Shown in pieces: positions 1-12,500 of a stretch of DNA of 64,000 bases. Each line of letters begins with the position of its first letter. Within the stretch, counting starts at the first letter, position 1. Source of the DNA: Callorhinchus milii (lineage: Eukaryota). Position numbers and translations under genes: made by a program. Where the stretch lies: the NCBI RefSeq assembly GCF_018977255.1, contig NW_024704742.1, forward strand, positions 84,694,001 to 84,758,000, written 5' to 3'. Below the pieces are notes generated by a model. It had not been told where the DNA came from, did no database searches, and saw only the letters and a list, made by a program, of their open reading frames with translations.

Positions 1-349
1 ATTTTAGTCACAAGCTCAAGAGTTAGAGACACATTGCAATGGCCACTATCAGACTAATAGACAGTACCTCAGTGCTTGCCACAGTGAACAAGATTAATTT
101 GACAAGCTTGTATGCACATATCAGCGTTTTGAATCATCCTCTCGATGTGAAAGGCGCTATACAAATGTAATTTTGTATTGTATTTACTGGATCTCGATAC
201 AGATTTACAAATAAGAAACTTTTCATATTGATAGTTCAAACACTTTTCCAGTTTCAAAGTGTCTGAATAATCAAGCTGTTACTTGAACATAAAACATATG
301 TATTTTTTAAACTGCAGATGAAAATCACCCTCAGAATATGGCAGTTTAC

Positions 350-583
350 CTGCTTGGCCTCGGTTTCCGCTTTGCTTAAATCATTCTTGCAGGTCATCAT
401 CTGGCCAGCGATAGTCTCTGCCTCGCCATCCTCATTACTGGAAAGACCAGCAGAAACAGCATTGAAGTGCTTCTGAGCAGCTGCCAGTGCCTCCCCATCT
501 TGGCAACTTGTTTCCTGCAGAGACTTTAATTCATCCGAAATCTTCTTCACTTCCTTCTCATTTGTTGAAAGAGCCGTAGCATC
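350..583 (-). CDS. SMC2: SMC2 coding exon 9 (234 nt)
   Basis: [20 protein letters not shown]...[44 protein letters not shown] flanks. Confidence 0.95.
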
Positions 584-3500
584 CTGCCAAGAAACCCAGT
601 CTGCAGTTACTTTATCTAGTTTTGTTTTTGCATAAAGAACAAGGCTTTGAAAGATTTATGTTGCATTGCTAAGTCTTAGGTATTTGAAACCAGACAGTCA
701 GATGAAACCTTAGTGGCATCCTGGAATTCAATGAACTGCATCACAATTCCCTTCCTTCCCTCCTTCAAGGCGGGTCTCAAAACCCTCCTCTTTGACCGAG
801 TCTTCGGACACCCTCCTACCCTTCCTGATCCCAACCCCCAGCTCGGAGGTCCCTGACTGTCCAGTGCCTTAAGCATTGTATAGTATAGTGCCTTTCACGT
901 TCCCCACATGAAAGGCACTATACTAATGTAATTTTGTATTTTAACCCAACGGGTGAAATCTCACTCAATTCAAACTCCTCAGCTCTCGATGGCCAAGTAA
1001 CCATTCTAGCAAAGCAAATGGAATTCAATTTAATGCGAGTTCACTTTTAGAGTGATTGTGGTGCGGACCCTGGGATTTATTTACCAAAAAACAAGTCAAA
1101 ACATACTCATAAGGTCTGTCCGCTCACACAACAGCAGCTTTTTGAGCTAAATAATGGCCGACTGCAGACATCACTTCCTGCTCATTGCGCAAGCGCAGTG
1201 CAGCACAGAAAGTGATGTCCGCTGCAAGCCACTGACCCCAGCCAGCAGTCGGCTGCCTCTCCGAGCCCACGTACAGTGAATGTAGAAAAGCTTAACGATG
1301 ATTGCGTCTCATTACTACTTTGGTTGGGATTTTATGCACCAAAACTACCGTTATTTCAGGTCTTTACTGTAAATGGTGCTTCAAAAACTGAAAGAATATG
1401 CATTGAAGCACGAGGTTTAAAAGAAAAGCAGCTGGAGGGGCAAGAACATAAGAATTCTAAGTAAAATATGAATGTTTTTAAAGCCTTCCTCCAGTGTAAG
1501 TTGCACTGATAAGCATCTCTCACCTCCTCCATAGTTTTGACAATCACATTACGTTTCTTCTCTTCTGCTTTAAGGCTGTCCTTCTTGTGATCGAGTGAGC
1601 TCTGCACTTTAACATCCTTACGGTGGGCTTCGTTCACTGCCTCTTCTAGTGACTGAAGTACTCCACCAACCTCCTGCGACGCAACAAACAGCAAATGAAA
1701 CGGCTACCCAAACTAATTGGAGACTCAGTACAAAGCTATTTAGCTGCAGCAAATTGATTCTGGCCATTTTGTTTACAGCTCTAAGGCTGGGGAAGAACAA
1801 ACAACGTTATGTTCAACTCCCAGGTTTTGCATCAATTCAAGACAACCCTTTCATTTCCAATATTTTCAATAGGAATTAGCCAATTAGGCAAATGTACATT
1901 TACAACAACAACAAATTGCATTTACATAATGTCTTTCATCCAAGGCACTGGACAATGAGGGGTTTACCCCCGAGCTGCAGGTTGGAAACAGACAGGAGTG
2001 GAGGACAGAGAAAGTGGACGGGGGAAGATAAAAATAATCCTTGAATTTGATAATAATCGTTGAATTTGATAAAGCGCTTTTCACTTCTTCTAGACGTCTC
2101 AAAGCGCTTTCACAGAATATACTGTAAAGGGAATTGACTGCATTTTTTGTGGGCGAAATGCGGCAACCAATTGCGCAGAGCAGTGTCCCACAAACAGTCA
2201 TGGATTGAAGTGACCAAATTATTATTGGTTTTTTTTCTTGAGGGATTATTATTAGGTGTGTGGCGTAAGGAAACTTGCCCAAGATTTCGCCCTGCTGGGA
2301 ATCAAACCCAGGTCTCTCGCTTGTGAGGCGAGTGCTCTAATCACTGAGCTATAGAAGATGACCAAAGACATAGTCGAAAATGATGGGCCTTGAAGGAGGT
2401 AAGGGAGGGGGTGAGGTGGAGGGGCTTAGGGATGAAATTCCGGTGGGTGGGGCAAAAAGGCTGAAGGTCCAACCGCCAATTGTGGAGCAGACAGGACGGG
2501 GGACATGGAACAGGCCAGTACCTGCAGAGCAGAGGGAGCGGGCAGGTTGGTGACATTTTAATAGGTGGCTGAGGTACGGTGAAGCAAGATTATGGAGGGC
2601 TTTAAAGATGAGGTCAAGGATCTTGAACTCGATCTTCTGGCAGATGGAGAGCCAGTGAAGCCAGGCGAGGATTGGGGTGATCAGCTCACAAAGCGGGAGA
2701 GGACACATGCTGCAAGTCCTGAATAATCTGCATCTTGTGAAGGTAAGAATTCCCAACTCTTCCCTCCACAAGCCTCAAGTTATATGGTGGAAACAGTTAC
2801 CCAACACACTGTGTTTACAGTTTAAACCGTTTAGTCTGGAAAGTTTAATAAGATATTGTGCAATATTTCCAACAACCTGTCAAGAATCATCAGTGTTATT
2901 TTCTAACACAAACAGAATTTGATCATCTGTGAATAGTGTATGTGGTACCTTGTCTCGGATTTTCTCCAGCTCAGATACTTCTTTGCTGATTTCCTTCACC
3001 TTCTTCTCACCATCTGTAATGATCTGTTGAAGCTGGATAATGCTCTCTTGCATTTCTTTTAGATCTTCTGCGGAGCGTAGCTTGGTCTCTTCTGCACAAA
3101 CAAATTGATACGCCACATACAGACGACTGAGATGTTCAATCTCTCGCATCACTTTCTGGTATTCCAGATATGAAGATCTTTCCTACAATCACAACACACA
3201 CAATCAGCACTGGAACCTTCAGAGTACATACAGTCTGTTTAGAAAGTGAGAAAATATTGGGTGTTGATAATAATATAATAATAATCCTTGCATTTGATAT
3301 AGCGCTTTTCACGTCGGGAGGACGTCCCAAAGCGCTTCACAGAATAGACTGTAAAGTGAATTGACTGTATATTTGTGGGCGAACGCGGCAGCCAATTGCG
3401 CACAGCAATGTCCCACAAACAGTCGTGGATTGAAAATTACCAATTTATTATTGTTTTTGGTTTTGGAGGGATCATTATTAGGCTCTGTGTGGAGTAAGGA

Positions 3501-6500
3501 AACTTGCCCAAGGTTTCGCCCTCTGCCTGGAATTGAACTCAGGTCTCTCACTTGCAAAGCGAGTGCTCTAACCACTGAGCTACAGGACCCCACTCCCTTA
3601 ATAATCCTCCCTTTTTGATATAGCTTCTCTAACAGTGGAATGTCTCAAAGAGCTTCATATTTCTTACTGTTAAATATAATGTTTGTGTATTTGCAGGCAA
3701 ACGCGGAAGCCAATTTGGCCACAGAATGTCCCATAAACTGTCAGGAAATGGAATGACCAATTGATCTGGAGGATTGGCCAGAACACTGAGAAAAATTCCC
3801 ATTTCAAATCATGTTATAGCTTCCTTAATGTCCACGTCCACAGAAAGAACCTTGATTTACTATCTCATGTAAAGTAAGGCACTTTGCTCCCCCAACACTG
3901 CACTGGAGAGTCATCCTAGACTGCTCAGTCTCCAATATAGGGCTTGAATCTACAATCTCTGACCAGAGGCAAGAATGCAACCAAATAAACCAATCTAAAA
4001 CGATGTTTATCAGGGATCTGGAATCACGCTAAAATATCCTCCAGACATTAAATGCATTCACAAAGCATTTTATTTTGAATTTGTTTAATGTATTCAAAAT
4101 ATGTTCTCTCCCGCACCAAACTCCGTGACCCCATCCCCCCATTCTCGCCTGACTCCATTGGCTCCCTATCCCTTAGAGGATCCAGTTCAAAATCCTGGTC
4201 CTCACCTACAAAGCCCTCAATGGTCTCGCCCCACCCTATCTCTGTGACCGCCTAGCCCCCTACCAACCCGCCCGCTCCCTCCACTCAGCCGGTTCCGGCC
4301 TGCTCCACATCCCCCAACCCACCCACCACTGGCGGAAAAACCTTCAGCCACTCTGCTCCCAACCTCTGGAACTCCATGCCCCAATCACTCTACCTCGCCG
4401 CCTCCTTAGCCTCCTTCAAGTCCCGCCTCAAAATCCTCCTCTTCGACCATACCATTGGTCACCCTCCTTCCCCTCTCCTCCCTTCTCACCCCTGACCCCA
4501 GCTCGGGTCTGAAATGCTGTACACTGTCCAGCACCTTGGGACGTCCTCCCGATGTGAAAGGCGCTATACAAATGTAATCTTGTTGTTGCTGTTAAAATGA
4601 CAATTGTGAACCCCTGTTTAAGTTGTAGTTTACGTACAGTCCACAGAAAATGCAAGAAGGTTGGGGCCAAACACCATCCAAATTACTGATTTGTTTGCAT
4701 TAGAGATCTCATAATAGGAGGGCCAGACTTGAAGTTGACTGCACAATACTCACTCCCTGCAGCCTGGTGCGCATCACTCTTAAAGGAGAAGAAATACATC
4801 AAATATGTGAAATGCATACTGTCGGAAGGGGAAATCAGGACTGTTTGAATTTGTGGCAATGGACTGTAATTTTCAATCATTGTTCTTTTATAATAATCCT
4901 TGCATTTGATATAGTGCCTTGTCACGTCTTCTCGAGGTCTCAAAGCACTTCACAGAATAGACTGTAAAGTGAATTGACCGTATATTTGTGGGCGAAATAT
5001 CACAAGAAGCAGCGGTTAAATCTGCAAAGATTGGTGGTTTAACTTGCATTTCTCCCATTGCATCACTGTGATCAGGATCTCACTGATATAAGGGAAGTGA
5101 TGGAACTTGTTACCCAACATTCTCGTGTTATTTTATTTGCAAATTTATTGGGTTAACTAAATGTAGTATTTCTGGCAGCTCATATTGAGCTGTACATCTC
5201 TTTTGGTGTAGTAAAGGTGAGCAGTTAAACAAGCAAGTTGTTTTCTCAGTCTCACTACAACTCTCATAAACTTCATCATAAAATTATCCTTACTGTTCAC
5301 GATCAGCACAATATCTTATGAGGAAAATAAAGTGTGTAATGGTAAATGGTGAAGCAGCATTTTCAGCAAAGTAAAACCTATCGTGTGGAGATATCTAAAG
5401 TGAAGGAAACTGCTAAATGCATACCTCCTTCAGTTTCTGAACAGTTGGAGTAATTTCTTCTTCCAGAATCTAGAATGAAAGAACAAACATCAAGAAAACA
5501 AAACCACCAGAAATATGTCACAGAAAGGTAGATAGAACAAGTCATAAATTCATTTATTAAATCAAAATACTAAAAACAACTTCTGAAGTGTGATAACAAA
5601 GAATATAAACATGTATGTCCTTCTACTTAAAATTGCAGCATGTGATAATATCCTTGTAGATAATTGTCACATCGACCAAAACCAGCAAATAAAAGCGATC
5701 ACTGATCGCTAAATAATTACCCAACATCAAATTTGAATTTCATTTATTGATCCAATGTTCAGTTTGCTCCTTTAACTGTTCAACTTGCTGTTTTCAAAAC
5801 TTAATTCTAGTAACAACATTTCTTACTTTAATACTTCTCGTGAATAGTTTTATAGTTAATAATAATAATAATCCTTTGCATTTGATATAGCGCCTTATCA
5901 AGTTGTTGAAACAGCTCAAAGCACTTCACAGAATATACTGTAACGTGAATTGACTGTATTTTGTGGGCGAAACGCCCAATTGCACACAGCAGTGTCCTAC
6001 AAACAGTCGTGGATTGACCAAAACTTTTTGAAGGGATTATTATAATTTACAGAATATTAGTTGTATTCATTATTCTACAGAACCAAGAACAATCTGAACA
6101 GAATTATCCCCAACACCACCCAAAGTCACCAACTGTTTAAAATCAAATAGCTGTGTTTTAATTGGTGCTGTTAGTAAGTGCTGTTTGTAACTGAAACCCA
6201 GTGGTTTCTTCTGAGACCGTTTCTCAGTCTTCTGGAATGGGAACAAACCCCTCACTGGCGCCACAGCACAACTTGTGAAAACATCACACAAGTACACTCT
6301 CAACAGCTATTCCAACCGCTCTGCCAAGTCTGACCTCCTTTACGTTCCTGCCCACTAAATTTCCCAATCTGTTGGGGCCTAATAATGCATTACTACATCC
6401 TCTGATATTGAAAGAACAATTAGTGACAACAGAAAGAATTTTGGAACAGTATATTCCCTCACACTCACCAAAAACACTCTTGACATTTGCCACACAATCA

Positions 6501-9500
6501 TTGTATACACTGTTTAAATAGCACACTGACTGCACAGCAAACTGCTGAATACTCCGAAGAGAAACAGGACAATTCAAATATTCAACAAATGGTTCAGCAT
6601 TAACATACATTTATCGGGGAGTGAAAATTCAATGATTACCTATTAACTGCGTACTTTCCACCTGAACTGCCAATATCCTCCATTTTGGTTTCAGGAGCAA
6701 ATGGCCTCAATTTGAAGTGCACCATATAACAACATACCCAATCACTCCTCCAGACCCTCAATCAAAAGTTCCTGATCTTGATCATACAACCATGGCCTCA
6801 AATTGCTCAGTTTTTATTCCATGTCCATTCCCAATTCTTACACATATATATATTCTTAAAGGGATTTACACAATTTGCAGGGCTTGACTCTCTCCACATA
6901 TTTAAAAGCTCAGAACACATTCACAAACAGCTCATTGAAGAAACTAGCATTGTTTGTTCAGAAGACAAATAATTAAACATGTAAGTAAACACTATCTGGT
7001 TTTATTTCACTTGTGTGTTCTGTACTTCTCTCGATTTATGGTGCTTTCAGCACCAAACAAATAAAGCCAGTGGATATGTGACCATCATAACCTTTTGTAT
7101 GAATGGAAAGCATTGATCAGAAACACTACTTAACATAATAATAATAATCCTTGCATTTGATATAGGGCTTTTCACGTCGGGAGGACGTCCCAAAGCGCTT
7201 CACAGAACACACTGTAAACTACTTAACATAGAGACAGAGGGGACTACAATCCATTTACCGTGCAGATTTCTTTCAGCTTGCTCTCCTTTTTCTCAATGGT
7301 TTTCTGGGCTGCTAACTTCTTACACTCATACATTCTGGTTCCTGCTGCTTCCTCGATCATGGATAAGATCTAAGCAACGAGAATCAAAGTTAACACAATA
7401 TCCTAAAACCGGACAACTTTCACATTCAGTTGTTTGAAAAAGGACTACTCCAGGCTTGCACTTACAAAGCAAGTCTTAGCATAACCCAGGATTGAGAATG
7501 GTTATGCTTCAAGCAAAGGCCTAAAACAATCTGCGAGCAACAAAGAAATCAGGGAAATACTAAAGCAATACCTTCAGAGAATAAATCAGAACATTTGAAT
7601 GATAACCTTTTTATATTTCAGAACTTTGCCTGTAAAAGTTGTCATTCTTTGAATAATTGTTCACACTTTTGCCCAGATAAATTCACAGCATCGTACTGTA
7701 TATAAAAACTGTGAAACCTCAGTGCTCACTCACCTCTGGAGGCTTCATGTTCAAGACTTTAGTGATCCGCCCCTAGAATCAAAAATAAATTGAATTATTT
7801 AAAAATGGAATAAAATTCTATTAAATCTCCGTTGTAAAAGATACTAAATGGGATCAAGGAAATCCAGAATAATATTTTCAAACACACCTAGACAAGTGGG
7901 CATAGGTTCAGGGTTGTGAATTGTAAACTTAGGATGGATTCCATCTTTATAGTGAGAGTAATTAACAGCTTTGACGTGTTATCAAGAAGAGTGCTTAAGA
8001 CCAGGACAGCTTGATGCTGCAATGGGAAGAAAATCAAATGGATATTTTGGAAAGATTAAATCGCTCAAACATCTTTGTTCATCCAAGTCTCTCGTGTAAA
8101 TCCATTCTGTAGCAATGTTATCCTTATATTCAATTCTTATATTTCAACTTCTGTGGAAAAGCATTCCTAAATTTTCGCTAACTACAAACATCCAGCCAGT
8201 CATCACTAGCTTTGACGTCTCAGTCAATTGAGTCACCATAAATCGTGGGAGCTTCCTTACACAATCTGTATCTTAAATCATCGAATTATCAATGGCTAAA
8301 TCTACTCATATTAACCAATACAAAATTGTACTCTTAAGGACTGTATTTTGGCCTCAAGGCTGCTTCCATGTTGAAAGTTCAGCAAGCTGGAACACGTCTG
8401 AAAAACTCTAACTGAAACTAAATCAAATTCGAATAAGGAGATTCAATATTGTACAGAATTTATATTCAATAGGATCTCGTAACATTTACACACTACCACA
8501 TGCGAGGAAAGTACGTTGATCCCAATGGGATAATGCTTGCTGTGCTTTGTGATTGACAGTTACAAACCTGCATGATAAGGAAGTGTGGGTTGTTAACATT
8601 CAGGCCGACTGAGCAGAACAGATCGTATACCCTGGTGTTGTTGGCATTCACACCATTGATCAGGTACTTATTTCTCCCACCAATAACCACCTGGAGGAAA
8701 CAAATATTTAATTTGAAACCTTTTGTAATTATCACAATTATAAGGTAACGAATAAGTAAAACAAGCAAAGTTTTTAATTTTACTGAGGTCTCAGATACTC
8801 TGATTAATAATAAGTCTTGTAATAATAATTATCCTTGCATTTAACATAGCGTCCTAACACGTCTTCAAGAAATCTCAAAGCTCTTCACAGAATATACTGT
8901 AAAGTGAATTGACTGTATATTTTTGTGGGCGAAATGCGGCAGTCGTGGATTGAAGTGATCAATTTATTCGTTGAAGGAATTATTACCCCGGAAAAGCAAT
9001 CCACCAATCAACTGACAACCGGGTTCCTACTTATTTCTAGGTAAACAGAGGCATGTGGAGTAAGGAAACTTGTCCAACATTTTGCCCTGGTGGAAATCAA
9101 TCCCAGGTCCTTCGCTTGCGAGGCGAGTGCTCTAACCACTGAGCTACAGAACTCCACAGTACTGTATTGAATAAATTATAGCTGCAACAGCATCAGAGAA
9201 CTGAATTCTCCAAACACTGGCTGTCTCAGTAATTTAAAAATAAATTACTCAGTAAACATCCCAATGTTTTCTTTCTGTGGGATTTGTGGTGAGAAGAGAG
9301 CTATAAAATATTATGTCAATACTTAACCTGCCACAATGAAGAGGTATCTGCCCATATAACTCAATTCGCTTTTTGATAAATGGATTGGAGTAATAAGCTG
9401 TTCAAATCCAAGTTGGTGAATTTTGCTGGCACTTTCGGCTATCTCTCCACCTACCCCTGACGCTCAGCCGACTGTGTGAAGCACTTTGAGACGTTCTTTC

Positions 9501-12500
9501 GACATGAGAAATTATATAAGTATAACTTGTTACCAAGACTATCTGTACAAGACTTTATTCACAGTTCAAATAAGGGAAGCTCAAATTTTCAGCCACTGGT
9601 ACCATCAAAATTACTGAACAAATGGATTTTAGAATTTTCTCCATCTTCAGTATTAAAGATAGATTTGCAGGTCGACAACAACAAATTACACTTGTATAGC
9701 GCCGTGCTTATGGCCACACCACTACCCCCGGCTCGGAGTCAGGCTCCGCCACAGTTAAGCGCTCGGAGATGCTACCTTGTGTGTAGGGCGCTATATAAGT
9801 GCAAGTTGTTGTTGTATGTCGGGAGGACGTGCCAAAGCGCTGGACAGTCAAGAATTTGGACCCGAGCAGGAGTTGGCCGAAGGTGCGGTTCAAGAGGAGG
9901 GTCTTGGGACGTGCCTTGAAGGAGGCAAGGAAGAGAGCAAGGCCAAGAGACTGTGGGATGGAGCTTCAAAGGGTGGGGGCAGAGAGGCTAAAGGGCCGAC
10001 CGAAGATGGTGGGGTGGCCAGACGGGAAATGTGGAGCAGGAGAGCCTGCTGAGCAGAGGAAGTGGACAGGTTATAATAATAATCCTTGCATTTGATATAG
10101 CGCTTTTCACGTCTTCTAGACATCCCAAAGCGCTTCACAGAATATACTGTAAAGTGAATTGACTGTATATTTGTGGGCGAACGTGGCAGCCAATTGCGCA
10201 CAGCAATGTCCCACAAACAGTCGTAGATTGAAAATGACCAATTTATTATTGTTTTGGTTTTGGAGGGATTATTATTAGGCTCTGTGTGGAGTAAGGAAAC
10301 TTGCCCAAGGTTTCGCCCTCTGCCTGGAATTGAACTCAGGTCTCTCACTTGCAAAGCGAGTGCTCTAACCACTGAGCTACAGGACTCCATGGGTTAGAGG
10401 TGAGAAGAGGTTGATATGGGGTTAGCAGGTCACAGAGGTAGGAAGGAGCAAGGCCGTGGAGGGCCTTAAAGGCGAGGACAAGGATTTTAAATTCTATCCT
10501 CTGGGGAATGGGGAGCCAGTGGAGCCGGGCGAGGGTGGGAGCGATGGGGTCACGGAACCTGGTGCGGGAGTGGACACGAGCTGCAGAATTCTGGATGATC
10601 TGCAGCTTGTGGAGGGAAGAGTTGGGGAGGCCGACAAGTAGGGAGTTGGCGTAGTCGAGCCTTCATGTGATAAATGGGTAGATGAGGGTTTCATTGGCCT
10701 GAGAGGAGAAGCAGTGGCAGAGCCGGGCGATGTTGTGGAGGTGGGGGAAAGCAGAGCGGGTCATGGCACGGATGTGGGGTAGAAAGGATAGTTGAGGGTT
10801 AAACAATACTCCAGGATTCCGGACTGGTTCGGTGAGGTGGAGTGTGCAACCATGGATGGTGATGCTGCTTAATCAGGAGAGCCTCGGTCGTGTTGACGTT
10901 CAACTGGAGAAACTTAGCTCTCATCCACGACTTGATGTCCGACAGAGATTCTGTCAGGACAGCAGTGGTCCTGGAGTCGAGGGTGGAGGCAGAGATAAAG
11001 TTGGGTGTCATCTGCATACATATGGAAGTTGACTCCAAGTCTGCGGATGATGTCACCAAGAGGGAGCATATATATGTTGAAGAGGAGAGCCCTGAGGAAC
11101 ACCTCACGAGACGGTGGTGGGCTAGAGAAGCTGCATTAGGTTTTGTCAAAGATTTCATTTGGAGAATAACAGATACCAAAGGACAATTAGTAGGTTATAG
11201 AAGGTAGAGATTCAGAAGACAATTTCATAACCCAAAGATTAGCTTACAACCCTACAACCCCAGGTACCCATATCTTAAAAGTCCATCCACAAAGGCCCAA
11301 AATTCATCCTAGTCTTAAACTATAAGATTATTTTGTCGTAAAATTTAAAGTGGTACAGAATTGTGGAATATTCTTAAACTCGTTCTTCATTTGGAAGCTC
11401 GTTTTCTTCAGTTCTTAAAAGAATCATCTTCCGAATTCAGACTCAATGTAAGAATTTCCCAAAATGCTGCGCGAAGTTAAATGTTAAGGCTAAAACTAAT
11501 CGAATATTTGGGAGCTCTTGCTTTGCCATACAGTGAAACTGCCAACTCTGGAGAGAAAGAGAATCAAGTTACAGGGCTTGTTTGTGTGCCGAGATGCATT
11601 GATACTCCAATAGATAGTATGACATAGTTCCCTTAAGAATAGACCTATTCAGTGATTTGGAATGTCAAGGTATATAATAAAATAATTGAAAACATACCTG
11701 TCTGGAGACTGTAATTTCGTCATGTGTCTCAAAGCCCAAGGGACTTTGTTTTTTATCTGAGTTGTCAAAGGTAATCGAAACAGTGGCTTTGGTAATCCCT
11801 GCTTGTCCATTTTTGTAGACTAAGTCCTGAAGATTTGAAGCTCGGACCTTACAACAGAAAACAGAATATTTCAATGAAATAATACGTACCACACAGGCTT
11901 TTGTTTTTTTTTTAAAAAAAGTACTTAATTCTTGAAGGTAATTTTTACTTTCTCTTTTCAGCTTTTATCGAGCGGGAGTTTAAATAAGGCTTGGAAAGAA
12001 AGATGTAGAAAATTAGATAGTAACAAAATAATGCTAGTCTGCACAATATAGACATAGGTCAATATAGGTCAAAGAGGTAAGTTTCTAGCCTGACACTCCA
12101 GTGCAGTGCTGTGGAAGTGTTGAATTGCTGGAGGTGCTGTATATCAGATGAGACAGTAAACTGAGGTTCTGTCTGCCTGTTTAGGTGAACATTGAAAAAC
12201 CAAAAACAATATTTGAAAAGAGAGGGGAATTTCTCCTGCTGGCCTGGCAAATTATCTTTTAGATAAATTGGTTATTCACCTCCTGGTTGCATATAGACTT
12301 TGCTGTGCAAAGATTGTACTTACATTTTATAGAAAACTCTGAAGCGCATAATAATGTGTAATATCAACTACAAGGAATGTTATATTTTAGTTGGTTTTTA
12401 ATTGGGGCACAGGGAATCAGCATCAAGAATGTATCACTAAGTAATCTACTGAAGGTTTTCAAATCAAAATAAACAGCAAAGTTCAAGCTGCTTTCAATTG

